From assembly GCA_963675525.2 (NCBI GenBank), contig CAXXSL010000019.1, forward strand, positions 128,001 to 192,000: DNA of 64,000 nucleotides. The letters are read 5' to 3'. Made by a program: the position numbers and the translations under genes. The DNA is from Anaerohalosphaeraceae bacterium (GTDB lineage Bacteria > Planctomycetota > Phycisphaerae > Sedimentisphaerales > Anaerohalosphaeraceae). Shown one piece after another: positions 9,364-19,041 of this stretch. The notes beneath the pieces were generated by a model that worked only from the letters and a program-made list of their open reading frames with translations, was not told where the DNA came from and ran no database searches. Each line of letters begins with the position of its first letter. Positions within the stretch are counted from its first letter, which is position 1.

Positions 9364-10893
9364 TTATAATTCTTTTTGCTTTGACTGCTCAATCTGTGTG
9401 TCCGGAACCTGACATTGGTATGTGCTAAAACTTTCGATGTCTTTCAGCACAAAGATCGGTACCTCCGGTTCATGCTGGGCATTGATGCTGCGAAAGGTTG
9501 CATTTCTCACATCATTCAGCACGAATGCGGGTCTTTGGTCTTCGGCCATGTAACCGACCTCGACATTGCTCATCTCGATGCCGTTGACATGGCGGATGTA
9601 AAAGCCATAGGCAGGAATCTCCCCGAACATTGACGGCTCCGGATACTCTTTTTCATTCTCAGGCGGTTCAAGTGCAGCTTGTTTTTTTGTACCGCCACCC
9701 CGATAATAGATTCGAATATTGCTGAGCCTGATATCTTCAATATCATGGCCAGGAATGCCACTGATGATGGATGCATAGCGAGGATCGGCATCATACACCA
9801 TTACATTGCTGATGTTAACGCGGCGTAGTTCTCCCACGGGTACGCCTTCGGGCCCGCGCATCCGGCTGCCCAACCGAAGGAAAAGAGGCGCAGTGGTCAC
9901 GTCGCGCATGGTGATATTTGTGATTGAGACATCTTCGAGCAATCCGCCGTCAACAGTTTCCATCGCCAGCCCGCGACAGTGATAGAATACGCAGTTTGAA
10001 ATGGTTATGTTTTTAAAGCCACCATTGGACTCGGTACCAAACTTAATGCGACCCGTTACTCCGTCTTTGTCGGGGGCCCTGGTTTCATTGCTCTGGAATG
10101 TACCATCCAGCAGTGTGCCCGGGTCATATCCGCTAACCTGGCAGTTGGTAATGGTTACGTTTTCGGTCGCCCGGGCAAAGCCGAGTCCATAGGAACTCTT
10201 CAGGCAAATACCGTCGTCGAACGGCGAGTTAACGGTACAGTTGGCAACCCGAACGTTGCGACAGCAGTCGATGTTAATTCCGTCCCGGTTGGTGTCAATT
10301 TTGACGTTATCGATGGTCATATTGTCCACACCCGTTGCCAGGATGCAGAAGTGTCCACCGAGAAGGAACGAAACGTCCCGGATAATCACATTACGGCACA
10401 GTTTGAGAGCGAGTGTTTTGTTGCCCCTGCCTGCTTTGGGTGAGTCCCAGCGGTCCAGCCCTTTGCCGTGAATCAGGCCCGGCCCAAGGATGGAGACGTT
10501 TTCGATTTTCTCGCCCCAGATCAGGCTATCGTGCCAGTGACTATGGCCAAAGTCCTGATACATATCCGTGGGATTCGGCTCAGCCGGGTCGTACCCATTT
10601 TCGCCATCGGGCTCAGCAGCCAGGAGCGTGGCGCCCTGATCGAGGTACAATGTGATGTTACTTTTAAGGTGGATTGAGTAGCTCAAGTATGTGCCGGCCG
10701 GGAAATGAACGGTTCCCCCGCCTGCGGAAGCGGCCGCATCGATCGCCTTGTTAATCGCCACGGTATCGAGCGTTTTGCCGTCACCTGTTGCGCCGTACTT
10801 CTTTACGTCGAAGGTTTCGGCATAGATTTGAGAGGTCAGCAGTCCCATTATAATGAAAAGCACATAAAGAACATACAGTTTTTTTGACTTCAT
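9364..10893 (-). CDS. GH28 family hydrolase (rhamnogalacturonase/exo-galacturonosidase-like), secreted
   Basis: Signal peptide; YGATGDG, NRDGINID, DDGICLKS, RIKFGTES. Confidence 0.88.
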   Translation of the reverse strand: MKSKKLYVLYVLFIIMGLLTSQIYAETFDVKKYGATGDGKTLDTVAINKAIDAAASAGGGTVHFPAGTYLSYSIHLKSNITLYLDQGATLLAAEPDGENGYDPAEPNPTDMYQDFGHSHWHDSLIWGEKIENVSILGPGLIHGKGLDRWDSPKAGRGNKTLALKLCRNVIIRDVSFLLGGHFCILATGVDNMTIDNVKIDTNRDGINIDCCRNVRVANCTVNSPFDDGICLKSSYGLGFARATENVTITNCQVSGYDPGTLLDGTFQSNETRAPDKDGVTGRIKFGTESNGGFKNITISNCVFYHCRGLAMETVDGGLLEDVSITNITMRDVTTAPLFLRLGSRMRGPEGVPVGELRRVNISNVMVYDADPRYASIISGIPGHDIEDIRLSNIRIYYRGGGTKKQAALEPPENEKEYPEPSMFGEIPAYGFYIRHVNGIEMSNVEVGYMAEDQRPAFVLNDVRNATFRSINAQHEPEVPIFVLKDIESFSTYQCQVPDTQIEQSKQKEL

Positions 10894-10929
10894 ATTTGCT
10901 TCTTTCCGTTAAATGTTTCACTGGCCAGG

Positions 10930-13086
10930 TTATATATCAGACGGCAGGGGGCCGATGAAGACAAACCTGGTTTCATACGGTTCCAGTTCCAGCGGCAAGC
11001 GCACGAAGCCGTTTTCCGAGGCGGCACCGTCTATCGTCTCGATACGCCCGGTCATTGCGTCCCATATCTGGGCCTGTCCTTTTCCGGCCAAAAACGCGGT
11101 GCATGTATGCTTGTCGGAGGTGCTTTCGTTAAAGAAAAAGTACAGATCCGCATCACGCAGCTTGCGGTGCGTATACTTGATATCAGGGCATGGCTCATTC
11201 AACAAAACGTCCGGCTGCGGCAACGCCTCGATTACACGGTCGGTTAATTCGCCCGACGGTTCCAGCAGGGCCCAGCTAAGATCGACCGGGCCCTCAGCGG
11301 CGTTAAGAAAGGTTTTATCGGGGATTAACGAAGGGGTGCGCCCGGCAAAAATGACCTTTCTGCCAGCATTGACAAATTGATGCAAGCGTTCCACAGCAGT
11401 CTTAGAGATTGCTGTGACTGGTGGGATGATGACAGCCCGGTACTGTTGACCGCTGAGATTCGTCAGTGCAGGGCCTTCAAGTTTCAGGATCGAACACAGG
11501 GCCTCTTCATCCACGAAGTCAAAGTCCCGTTGGCGTTCTAATAAACTTTTGGCAATGGCCAGAACGCTTGTATTGGCCTCGTCGTCGCCCAGCCACATGC
11601 TGGTTGTCGGGTGGTATAAAGCAATTTGGGCTGCCGGGCGACCCTGTGACAATATATACGAGGTGCGGTTGATATAGGCTGCGACATCGGGGAATTGTTC
11701 AGACATCAGCCATCCGGACAATCCTGTTTTACCATTGGACGAAGCCGGGACGAACATCACCTCGACCATGTTAATACCGCGAACGAACTGATAATCCAGG
11801 ACCCACTTTGCTTGCTGAACGGTCGGCTGGGTGCGGTAGGCCGCGAAGCTTTCGGTAAAGGCACGAGGCTTACCGAAGAGATGAGCCGCGGAGGATGCAT
11901 ATTTTGGATAGTCTGTTACCTGACCGGGCCATATCTGATTCCAGATAGCATCGACGCCGGGCATTTGTACATGCCGCATATCTTTAAAGAAATCCCCCTC
12001 ACCTTCAACCAGCTTCGGCATATTATCTTCTTTGTTCAGGTGCACAAGGTATTGTAGATTGTTTTGCGCACACCATTTGGCCTGAACGCCAAAGTAGTTC
12101 TTGCTGAACAAGTCCGACCAGACATCCCAGTAATCTGCTTTAGCTCGTTTTTGCTCGTCGGTCAAACGGGGTGCGAAAAACCCAGCGGCATAAGGTCGCA
12201 CATCGTAGCCTTTTTGCTTCTGGAATTCGTCAAAGATTTTTGGCGTCCACGGAATCCCGCGAATACTGTAATCCGGTTCGTCGCCTCTGAATCCCAAGAT
12301 CGTTCGGCCGAATTCGGACCCGACATACTTTTTGTATTGTTCGTGAACAAACTCGATAAATTGTGTTGTGGCTTCCGGGTCCAGGTAATCACAGAGAGAA
12401 TTGCTGGTATCTTTACCCCGGGAGGGATTATTGACCGCACGCGTTTGCGAAGTACGGAACTGATGCTCGACCAGCAGCACCTGCCAGTCGCCTTCGGGTG
12501 CGGTCCAGTTCAGTTGAGCGTCTTCGATGGTCAGCATTTGATTGCTGTCGTCGGCTTTGTTGACCGCAATGGCACTGACGGTTTCCGGCGGCAGTTTGCG
12601 GGAGAGGGTTTCGCCGGAACTGACGGTGATCCGGTCGGCAACCACCAATGCCTGCATCCGCAGATCAGGACGTTCGGCGCTGAATTTTCCCCCGGCGAAT
12701 CCACTGGGATATTTCCCCTCATCCACCAGCCAGACACGCATATCGCGCTGGCGTGCCAGCTCAACGGCAAGCTTTACGCTTTCGAACCAGCCGGGGGAAA
12801 GATACGGACTGCTCATTCCATAGCCGGGTTCGAGTGTAACAACTCGGACGTTGCGAGCCTTAAATGCATCCATGTCCCGGGCGATGACTTCTTTGGTGAC
12901 ATTGCCGTCCCAACCCCAATAGAACGTCATGCCGTATTCAACGGGCGGCGAGGAAAAAGCCGCCGCCACCTCATCGACAGAGGGGGACGTGATTTCCTGA
13001 TTGGGACTTCCAGCCTCGCTCTTTGATTGAATCAGAACCAAGCTCAGAAAAAACACCAAAGTGATAAAATTGAAATAGTATTTCAT
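10930..13086 (-). CDS. GH106-like (alpha-L-rhamnosidase-like) glycoside hydrolase, secreted
   Basis: Signal peptide; FYWGWDG, YLSPGWF, VWLVDEGKYPSGFAGG, GFRGDEP, KYASSAAHLFG, RGIN, YFFFN, IWDAMTG. Confidence 0.75.
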   Translation of the reverse strand: MKYYFNFITLVFFLSLVLIQSKSEAGSPNQEITSPSVDEVAAAFSSPPVEYGMTFYWGWDGNVTKEVIARDMDAFKARNVRVVTLEPGYGMSSPYLSPGWFESVKLAVELARQRDMRVWLVDEGKYPSGFAGGKFSAERPDLRMQALVVADRITVSSGETLSRKLPPETVSAIAVNKADDSNQMLTIEDAQLNWTAPEGDWQVLLVEHQFRTSQTRAVNNPSRGKDTSNSLCDYLDPEATTQFIEFVHEQYKKYVGSEFGRTILGFRGDEPDYSIRGIPWTPKIFDEFQKQKGYDVRPYAAGFFAPRLTDEQKRAKADYWDVWSDLFSKNYFGVQAKWCAQNNLQYLVHLNKEDNMPKLVEGEGDFFKDMRHVQMPGVDAIWNQIWPGQVTDYPKYASSAAHLFGKPRAFTESFAAYRTQPTVQQAKWVLDYQFVRGINMVEVMFVPASSNGKTGLSGWLMSEQFPDVAAYINRTSYILSQGRPAAQIALYHPTTSMWLGDDEANTSVLAIAKSLLERQRDFDFVDEEALCSILKLEGPALTNLSGQQYRAVIIPPVTAISKTAVERLHQFVNAGRKVIFAGRTPSLIPDKTFLNAAEGPVDLSWALLEPSGELTDRVIEALPQPDVLLNEPCPDIKYTHRKLRDADLYFFFNESTSDKHTCTAFLAGKGQAQIWDAMTGRIETIDGAASENGFVRLPLELEPYETRFVFIGPLPSDI

Positions 13087-13457
13087 CTTTTTGTACTCTT
13101 TTCGGCTCAACTAGTGTGATCAGCAAGTTACCGCCCCTGGGCCAATCAAGCGGCAGGCTTAATTAAATGACGTATACCCTTGTCGTTGAATCAAGGCAAA
13201 ACGTCCTAGCATTCGAGGGTGCATTTTGGCCCAAATTACCAAAAAAGTCAAGCAGAAATCAAATATCGGCAATTTCCAGTGTGAAGCATTTGTTGGATTG
13301 TGGAGAGCTGTTTTAAATCTTTTGGTATTTCATCTTGCGGATTTGATGCATTTGCTGTTAAATCAAGGCTGTTTGGGTGATACGGTGAATAATCGTTGGA
13401 ACAGGTTTGATGCAAAACCTTCCTAATTCTATAAAATCCGACAGGGGAATAAATCAA

Positions 13458-14957
13458 ATGGAATCTAATACAAATTCGGCGTCAGAAGTAATCTCGTCCG
13501 ATATCACAAGCCCCGGCGCCACTGTCTTCAGCGGTAAGTTGTCTCTTGTTGAGAAAGTCGGCTATGGTTTGGGAGATACGGCGTCCAATATCTTGTACCA
13601 GGCGTGGAGTTTCTTTCTCATGGTGTTCTACACCGATGTTTTTGGGATTCCCGCCGGAGCGGCCAGCTTTATGTTTCTCATTACGCGTTTCTGGGACATG
13701 ATTAACGACCCTATCATGGGGATGATCGCTGACCGTACCAACACACGCTGGGGCAAGTTCAGACCTTACTTGTTATGGATGGCGTTCCCGTACGGTGTTC
13801 TTGCCTGTGCGATGTTCATCACTCCCGAGTGGGGCCGGAACATGAAAATCGTCTATGCTTACGCCACCTATATCCTGGCAACAATGGCTTACACGGCCAT
13901 TAACATTCCCTATTCATCGCTGATGGCCGTCATGACACCGGATCCGCACGAACGAACAACGCTGTCACAGTATCGCTTTTTCTTTGCTTTTGTGGGAATG
14001 CTTCTGATCACGACGTTTACCCTGCCTCTGGCCAAGTTCTTCGGGGCGAATCCCTCGCATTCGGGTTACAGTGAGAAATTGGGTTACAGCCAGGCACTGG
14101 GCTATCAAATGACGATGGGCGTTTTTGGGGCGATCGCTGTTATCCTGCTGCTGATTACATTTCTGACAACACGCGAACGTGTTAAGCCGTCGAAAGAACA
14201 AAAAAATGCCTTCAGCCAGGACCTAAGAGACGTTGCGAAGAATCTACCCTGGATCATTTTATTTATTGCATCGATATTTTGGCTGATTCACAATATGATC
14301 CGTAATGGGATGATCGCGTACTACTTTAACAATGTTAATGGCCAGGGCAACAAGGTCCTGTTATCGTTGACATTGGGAGCTATGAAGCTTGACTTCGACC
14401 AGACAACGGTCTTTTTGACGATTGGTACTTTCGGGATGATGGCTGGGGTATTTCTCAGTACCCCCCTTAAAAAATGCTTTGGGCGGAAGGGGGTCATCAT
14501 CTTCTTTTCACTGGCCAGTGTGGTGCTGAGTGGTATTTTTTATTGGCTGCCGCCGAAGAATTTCATCCTGCTGGGAACCATGAATTTCCTGTGGGCGGTT
14601 GCCGCAGGCGTCATGCCCGTATTTTTCTTTGCCATGTTCGCCGATGTGGCGGACTTTCATGAATGGAAATTCAGACAGCGGGCCACAGGCCTGATTATAT
14701 CGGGGATCATGTTTGCAATCAAAATGGGTGTTGCCGTCGGAGGATTTCTGGGCTTGTATCTGCTCGGAAAATTCGGCTATGATAAAGAATTACCGATAAC
14801 CCCGGAAGTTATCGGGGGGATTAAGCTTCTGTTCAGCATCATCCCGGCCGGATTCATTCTGGTCTGCGGTGTAGTCCTCTGCCTGTATCCCATCGATGAA
14901 AAAATGCTGGGACAGATCGAGGTGGACCTGAAAAGCAGAAGTAGATCCGAATCGTAA
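13458..14957 (+). CDS. GPH-family (MelB-like) MFS glycoside:cation symporter
   Basis: EKVGYGLGD, RFWDMINDPIMG, TRWGKFRPY, NIPYSSL, about 12 hydrophobic segments; start placed at ATG 13458 after AGGGGA. Confidence 0.92.
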   Translation: MESNTNSASEVISSDITSPGATVFSGKLSLVEKVGYGLGDTASNILYQAWSFFLMVFYTDVFGIPAGAASFMFLITRFWDMINDPIMGMIADRTNTRWGKFRPYLLWMAFPYGVLACAMFITPEWGRNMKIVYAYATYILATMAYTAINIPYSSLMAVMTPDPHERTTLSQYRFFFAFVGMLLITTFTLPLAKFFGANPSHSGYSEKLGYSQALGYQMTMGVFGAIAVILLLITFLTTRERVKPSKEQKNAFSQDLRDVAKNLPWIILFIASIFWLIHNMIRNGMIAYYFNNVNGQGNKVLLSLTLGAMKLDFDQTTVFLTIGTFGMMAGVFLSTPLKKCFGRKGVIIFFSLASVVLSGIFYWLPPKNFILLGTMNFLWAVAAGVMPVFFFAMFADVADFHEWKFRQRATGLIISGIMFAIKMGVAVGGFLGLYLLGKFGYDKELPITPEVIGGIKLLFSIIPAGFILVCGVVLCLYPIDEKMLGQIEVDLKSRSRSES

Positions 14958-15035
14958 GAAAAGTTGATAATGTAAAAAATATAGATCGTCCGTTTGTGCT
15001 CCGGACCCAACAGATTCAGTAATGACGAGGCTACG

Positions 15036-17228
15036 ATGACTGAGAAAATTTCAAATCAAGGACATTTTACGCTGCCGGGTGAGGCCGGATACGAAGAGCT
15101 GACACTTGACCTGGCAAAAAAATGGGGCGCCGATGCCATTCGAGACAGCGACGGCACAGTGCTTTCAGATAAAATTACTGCGACGGGATTTGATATCTAT
15201 TCAACGCTTTGTCCGGTCCGGATAGATAACCAGTGGGCCAGGGCCAACATGGATAAACTCCAGAAAAATTATTTAATGAGCGATCCGGTTGTTGCCCAAA
15301 GTGATACCGTTACGATTGATCCGTTGAACGGGTATTTCAGAGAACAATTCCAAGTTAATACCCATGACGATCCTAAAAAATGGTGGCAGGTCTTTGACCG
15401 CACTTGCTCTCAGGAAGTCCCGGCTAACAGATGGAGCTTTGATGTCGAAAAAGGAATTGTCACAGTTAAGAATGCTAAGAAATGGCATAAGTACACGGTC
15501 AACTTTCTGGCTTACCGGATTTGGGAAGCCATTTCCATGTACAATCATATCACCAATGACTGGGGAGACCGGGAGCATTTGATGCCGATCGATCCGATCT
15601 ATCCCGAAACCCAGGCGTTTATTCTAAAGTATTTGGATAAGTGGCTCGATGAGCATCCGCGAACAAAGATTGTGCGTTTTACATCGATGTTCTACAACTT
15701 TGCCTGGTTCTGGGGTGACAGTGCCGACCTGCGTTTTCGTTATGTTGACTGGGGATCTTATGAAATGACGGTCAGCCCCTATGCGTTGAGCAGGTTTGCT
15801 GAGATCAAAGGGTACGAACTGACCAGTGAGGATTTTGTCAATAATGGAGCCTATTGCTCAACGCATAATGTGCCATCCCAGCGGCTGCGGGACTGGATGG
15901 ACTTTATGAATGAATTTGTTGTTTCGTTCGGACGGCAGTGTATTGACAAGATCCACGGCGCAGGTAAGCAGGCCTATATGTTTTACGATGACCATATTGT
16001 CGGCACCGAACCCTACGGCGAGCGATATAAGGATTTTGGATTTGACGGATTGATCAAGTGCGTCTTCAATGCGTTCGAAGCGCGGCTGTGTGCCGGCGTC
16101 AAAGGTGTCAAAACTAAAGAATTGCGGCTGCATCCTTACCTCTTTCCGACGGGACTGAGAGGGGAACCAACCTTTATGAAGGGCGGTAACCCGGCACTGG
16201 ACGCCAAACGTTTTTGGGTTGACATCCGTCGGGGTTTATTACGGGAGCCGGTAGACCGTATTGGGCTGGGCGGGTATCTGCATCTGGTCGAGCCGTTCCC
16301 GGACTTTGTTGAAACCATCGAACAAATCACTGAGGAATTCAGGACGCTTCGACAATACCATGAAAATGATAAACCGTACACAGCCCCGGTAAAGGTTGCC
16401 GTCCTGACCGCATGGGGCAAGTTGCGATCCTGGGGGTATGTGGGACACTTCATTCACGGAATGGAATTATATGAAGTGACCGAGTCGCTGGCGGGTTTGC
16501 CGGTGGAGGTTGAATATATCAGCTTTGACGAAGTTCTTGAAAACGGTATTTCTGACGACGTCCAGGTTATCCTCAACGCCGGACGATTGGGTAGTGCATG
16601 GTGCGGCGGGGAGAACTGGAAAAATGAAAAAGTGATCGAAATCCTGTCTTCCTGGGTTGCTGATGGCGGCGGATTTATCGGTGTTGGCGAACCGTCGGCT
16701 TGCATTCACAGCAGCCAATATTTCCAGCTTTCACATGTGTTGGGGTTGGATCGTCAGACGGCACAAACCTTCGGCAATCCCAGACGACAGTACAAAATAG
16801 CCGACTCAACACACTTCATTCTTGAAGACACCGATGGCGCAGTCGACTTTGGTAATGATGTTGATAATGTTTATATTACCTGCAAAGATACGCAGGTTCT
16901 CGTTGACAAAAACAACTCTCCCCGAATTGCGACACACCCGTTCGAAAAAGGGCAGGCGGTTTATTTTTCCGGTTTTAAGTTCACAGCAGCCAACAGCCGG
17001 CTTCTGTACCGTTCGCTCTTTTGGGCCGCCGGAAGGAAGGATGAATTCGGTCCCTGGACATGCAGCAATATCTTTACGGACTGTGCCTGGTTCCAGAACA
17101 GCCAAAAACTGGTCGTTATCAACAGCAGCGACGATGAACAGGAAACAAAGGTACGCGATTCCAAAGGTGATTTTGTGACTGTCAGTGTTAAACCTCATGG
17201 CATTAACATCATTGACAAACGGGCATAG
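15036..17228 (+). CDS. GH112 galactosyl-disaccharide phosphorylase (likely D-galactosyl-beta-1,4-L-rhamnose phosphorylase)
   Basis: GHFTLPGE, WGADAIRDSDGT, YTVNFLAYRIW, MYNHITNDW, VRFTS, RLHPYLFP, DRIGLGGY; start at ATG 15036 after GAGG. Confidence 0.9.
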   Translation: MTEKISNQGHFTLPGEAGYEELTLDLAKKWGADAIRDSDGTVLSDKITATGFDIYSTLCPVRIDNQWARANMDKLQKNYLMSDPVVAQSDTVTIDPLNGYFREQFQVNTHDDPKKWWQVFDRTCSQEVPANRWSFDVEKGIVTVKNAKKWHKYTVNFLAYRIWEAISMYNHITNDWGDREHLMPIDPIYPETQAFILKYLDKWLDEHPRTKIVRFTSMFYNFAWFWGDSADLRFRYVDWGSYEMTVSPYALSRFAEIKGYELTSEDFVNNGAYCSTHNVPSQRLRDWMDFMNEFVVSFGRQCIDKIHGAGKQAYMFYDDHIVGTEPYGERYKDFGFDGLIKCVFNAFEARLCAGVKGVKTKELRLHPYLFPTGLRGEPTFMKGGNPALDAKRFWVDIRRGLLREPVDRIGLGGYLHLVEPFPDFVETIEQITEEFRTLRQYHENDKPYTAPVKVAVLTAWGKLRSWGYVGHFIHGMELYEVTESLAGLPVEVEYISFDEVLENGISDDVQVILNAGRLGSAWCGGENWKNEKVIEILSSWVADGGGFIGVGEPSACIHSSQYFQLSHVLGLDRQTAQTFGNPRRQYKIADSTHFILEDTDGAVDFGNDVDNVYITCKDTQVLVDKNNSPRIATHPFEKGQAVYFSGFKFTAANSRLLYRSLFWAAGRKDEFGPWTCSNIFTDCAWFQNSQKLVVINSSDDEQETKVRDSKGDFVTVSVKPHGINIIDKRA

Positions 17229-17275
17229 TGGTTTTAATGGCATTAATGTGGTGCGATCAAATATCGGAAATTCAA

Positions 17276-18907
17276 ATGAAATATCTACTAAGAAAAAAAA
17301 GCTACTTATTAATTTTGTGCTTGTTTTACATTGCTCCCCTTGGCAGTTGCGCCATGCCCAAAAGCCCTGACGGAGAATCGGACAATAACATCCCCACCTT
17401 ATTCATTGCCGGAGACTCCACTGCGAGCAATGGAGCCGAGAACGGGTGGGGCAGCCATCTGGCGAATTTTTTCGATTCGGATCAATTAACTGTCGTTAAC
17501 CGGGCACGCGGTGGCCGCAGCAGCCGTACTTTTATTACTGAAGGCCTATGGGATGGCATTTTGGAGGATCTTAAACCCGGGGACACGGTCATCATACAAT
17601 TTGGTCATAACGATGCCGGCCAGATTAATGATGATCGGCGTGCGCGTGGTTCGATTCCATCGCTGGGCGATGAAACCCAGGAGATCGATAATCTGGTCAC
17701 AGGCAAACACGAAGTTGTGCATACATTTGGTTGGTATATGCGGAAAATGATTACGGAAACGAAGGCCAAAGGCGCTACGCCAATTGTGCTGAGTATGACG
17801 GCACGCAATGTCTGGCATGATGGTAAGATCGAGCGGGAGAACACATTCTGCGGGCTGGCTCAGCAAGTGGCGACACAAACTGGCGTCACTTTTATTGACC
17901 TGCGTAATATGATCGCGGACCAGTATGAACTGCTCGGGCCGATTCGTGTTCGAGAACTGTTTCCCAAGGATCACACCCACACTGGCCCGGATGGTGCGGT
18001 CATCAATGCGGCGATGGTGGTATCGGGCCTTAAGGCCATTGACAGTCCCTTGGCGTCCATGTTGTCGGATTTGGGGCAAAGCGTCACCCCATACAAGCGG
18101 CCTGTCATGGTGAAACAGGTCAGGGAATGGATGACCTCGGCCTGGATGCCGGCGGTTCAGCCCGCATCCGACCCCAATTTGCCGACCCTGTATGCCATTG
18201 GGGATTCTACGGTGCGGACCGGAAGCCGGGGGGACGGATCCAACGGCCAATGGGGTTGGGGAGCTCCAATTGCAGATTTTTTAGATCGAACCCGTCTGAA
18301 CGTAGAAAATCATGCGATGGGAGGGACCAGCAGTAGATCTTTCCGCACATTAGGCTTGTGGCAGCCTGTGCTGGACAAACTCAAGCCCGGCGACTTTGTG
18401 ATCATGCAGTTTGGTCACAATGATGACGGTCCGATTAACGACAATAAGCGTGCTCGGGGCACGATACACGGAAATGGCGACCAAACAGAGGAGATTGATA
18501 ACCTGCTGACAGGCAAGCACGAAATCGTGCATACTTATGGCTGGTACATTCGTCAATACATCGAGGAAACACAAGCGAAAGGTGCTACGGCGATCGTCTG
18601 TTCTCCAATCCCGCGAAATCGCTGGACAGATGGGAATGTAAACCGCTCTGTGGACAGCTATGCCTTGTGGGCCGCACAGGCCGCTAAGGCTGAAGACGCA
18701 CCGTTTATCGATCTGAACCAGTTAATAGGTGATTACTATGACAGTGTGGGTCAGGAAACAGTGACCGTTCTTTACTTTGATGAAGGTGAAACGACACACA
18801 CCAATGCGATGGGCGCACAAATGAATGCGATTTGTCTGGTGAAAGGCATCCGGGCTCTGAAGGACTGCCGACTGGCTGATGATCTAAAGGTCGTCAAGCC
18901 TCAGTAA
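17276..18907 (+). CDS. Tandem-domain SGNH hydrolase, rhamnogalacturonan acetylesterase (CE12-like), probable lipoprotein
   Basis: Two copies of GDST...GWG...GG(R/T)SSR...QFGHND...(D/E)xTHT; lipobox-like LGSC. Confidence 0.88.
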   Translation: MKYLLRKKSYLLILCLFYIAPLGSCAMPKSPDGESDNNIPTLFIAGDSTASNGAENGWGSHLANFFDSDQLTVVNRARGGRSSRTFITEGLWDGILEDLKPGDTVIIQFGHNDAGQINDDRRARGSIPSLGDETQEIDNLVTGKHEVVHTFGWYMRKMITETKAKGATPIVLSMTARNVWHDGKIERENTFCGLAQQVATQTGVTFIDLRNMIADQYELLGPIRVRELFPKDHTHTGPDGAVINAAMVVSGLKAIDSPLASMLSDLGQSVTPYKRPVMVKQVREWMTSAWMPAVQPASDPNLPTLYAIGDSTVRTGSRGDGSNGQWGWGAPIADFLDRTRLNVENHAMGGTSSRSFRTLGLWQPVLDKLKPGDFVIMQFGHNDDGPINDNKRARGTIHGNGDQTEEIDNLLTGKHEIVHTYGWYIRQYIEETQAKGATAIVCSPIPRNRWTDGNVNRSVDSYALWAAQAAKAEDAPFIDLNQLIGDYYDSVGQETVTVLYFDEGETTHTNAMGAQMNAICLVKGIRALKDCRLADDLKVVKPQ

Positions 18908-19041
18908 AGTATTTTAGAAATGAATAAAAACCTTGGATTGAATTCCTGAAGTGCAGATGGAAAAGTCGTGAACATGCGGTTTGACAAACAACAGACAAAA
19001 AAATGCAAGTTTTTCAGTCTAAGTTATAAGGATGATTTGGA

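Noticed and set aside
12064..13026. 320-aa + strand ORF, and other long shadow ORFs (e.g. 50525-51355, 17546-18250, 55490-56194, 37348-37965)
   Set aside because: Antisense to well-supported genes, with no recognisable motifs
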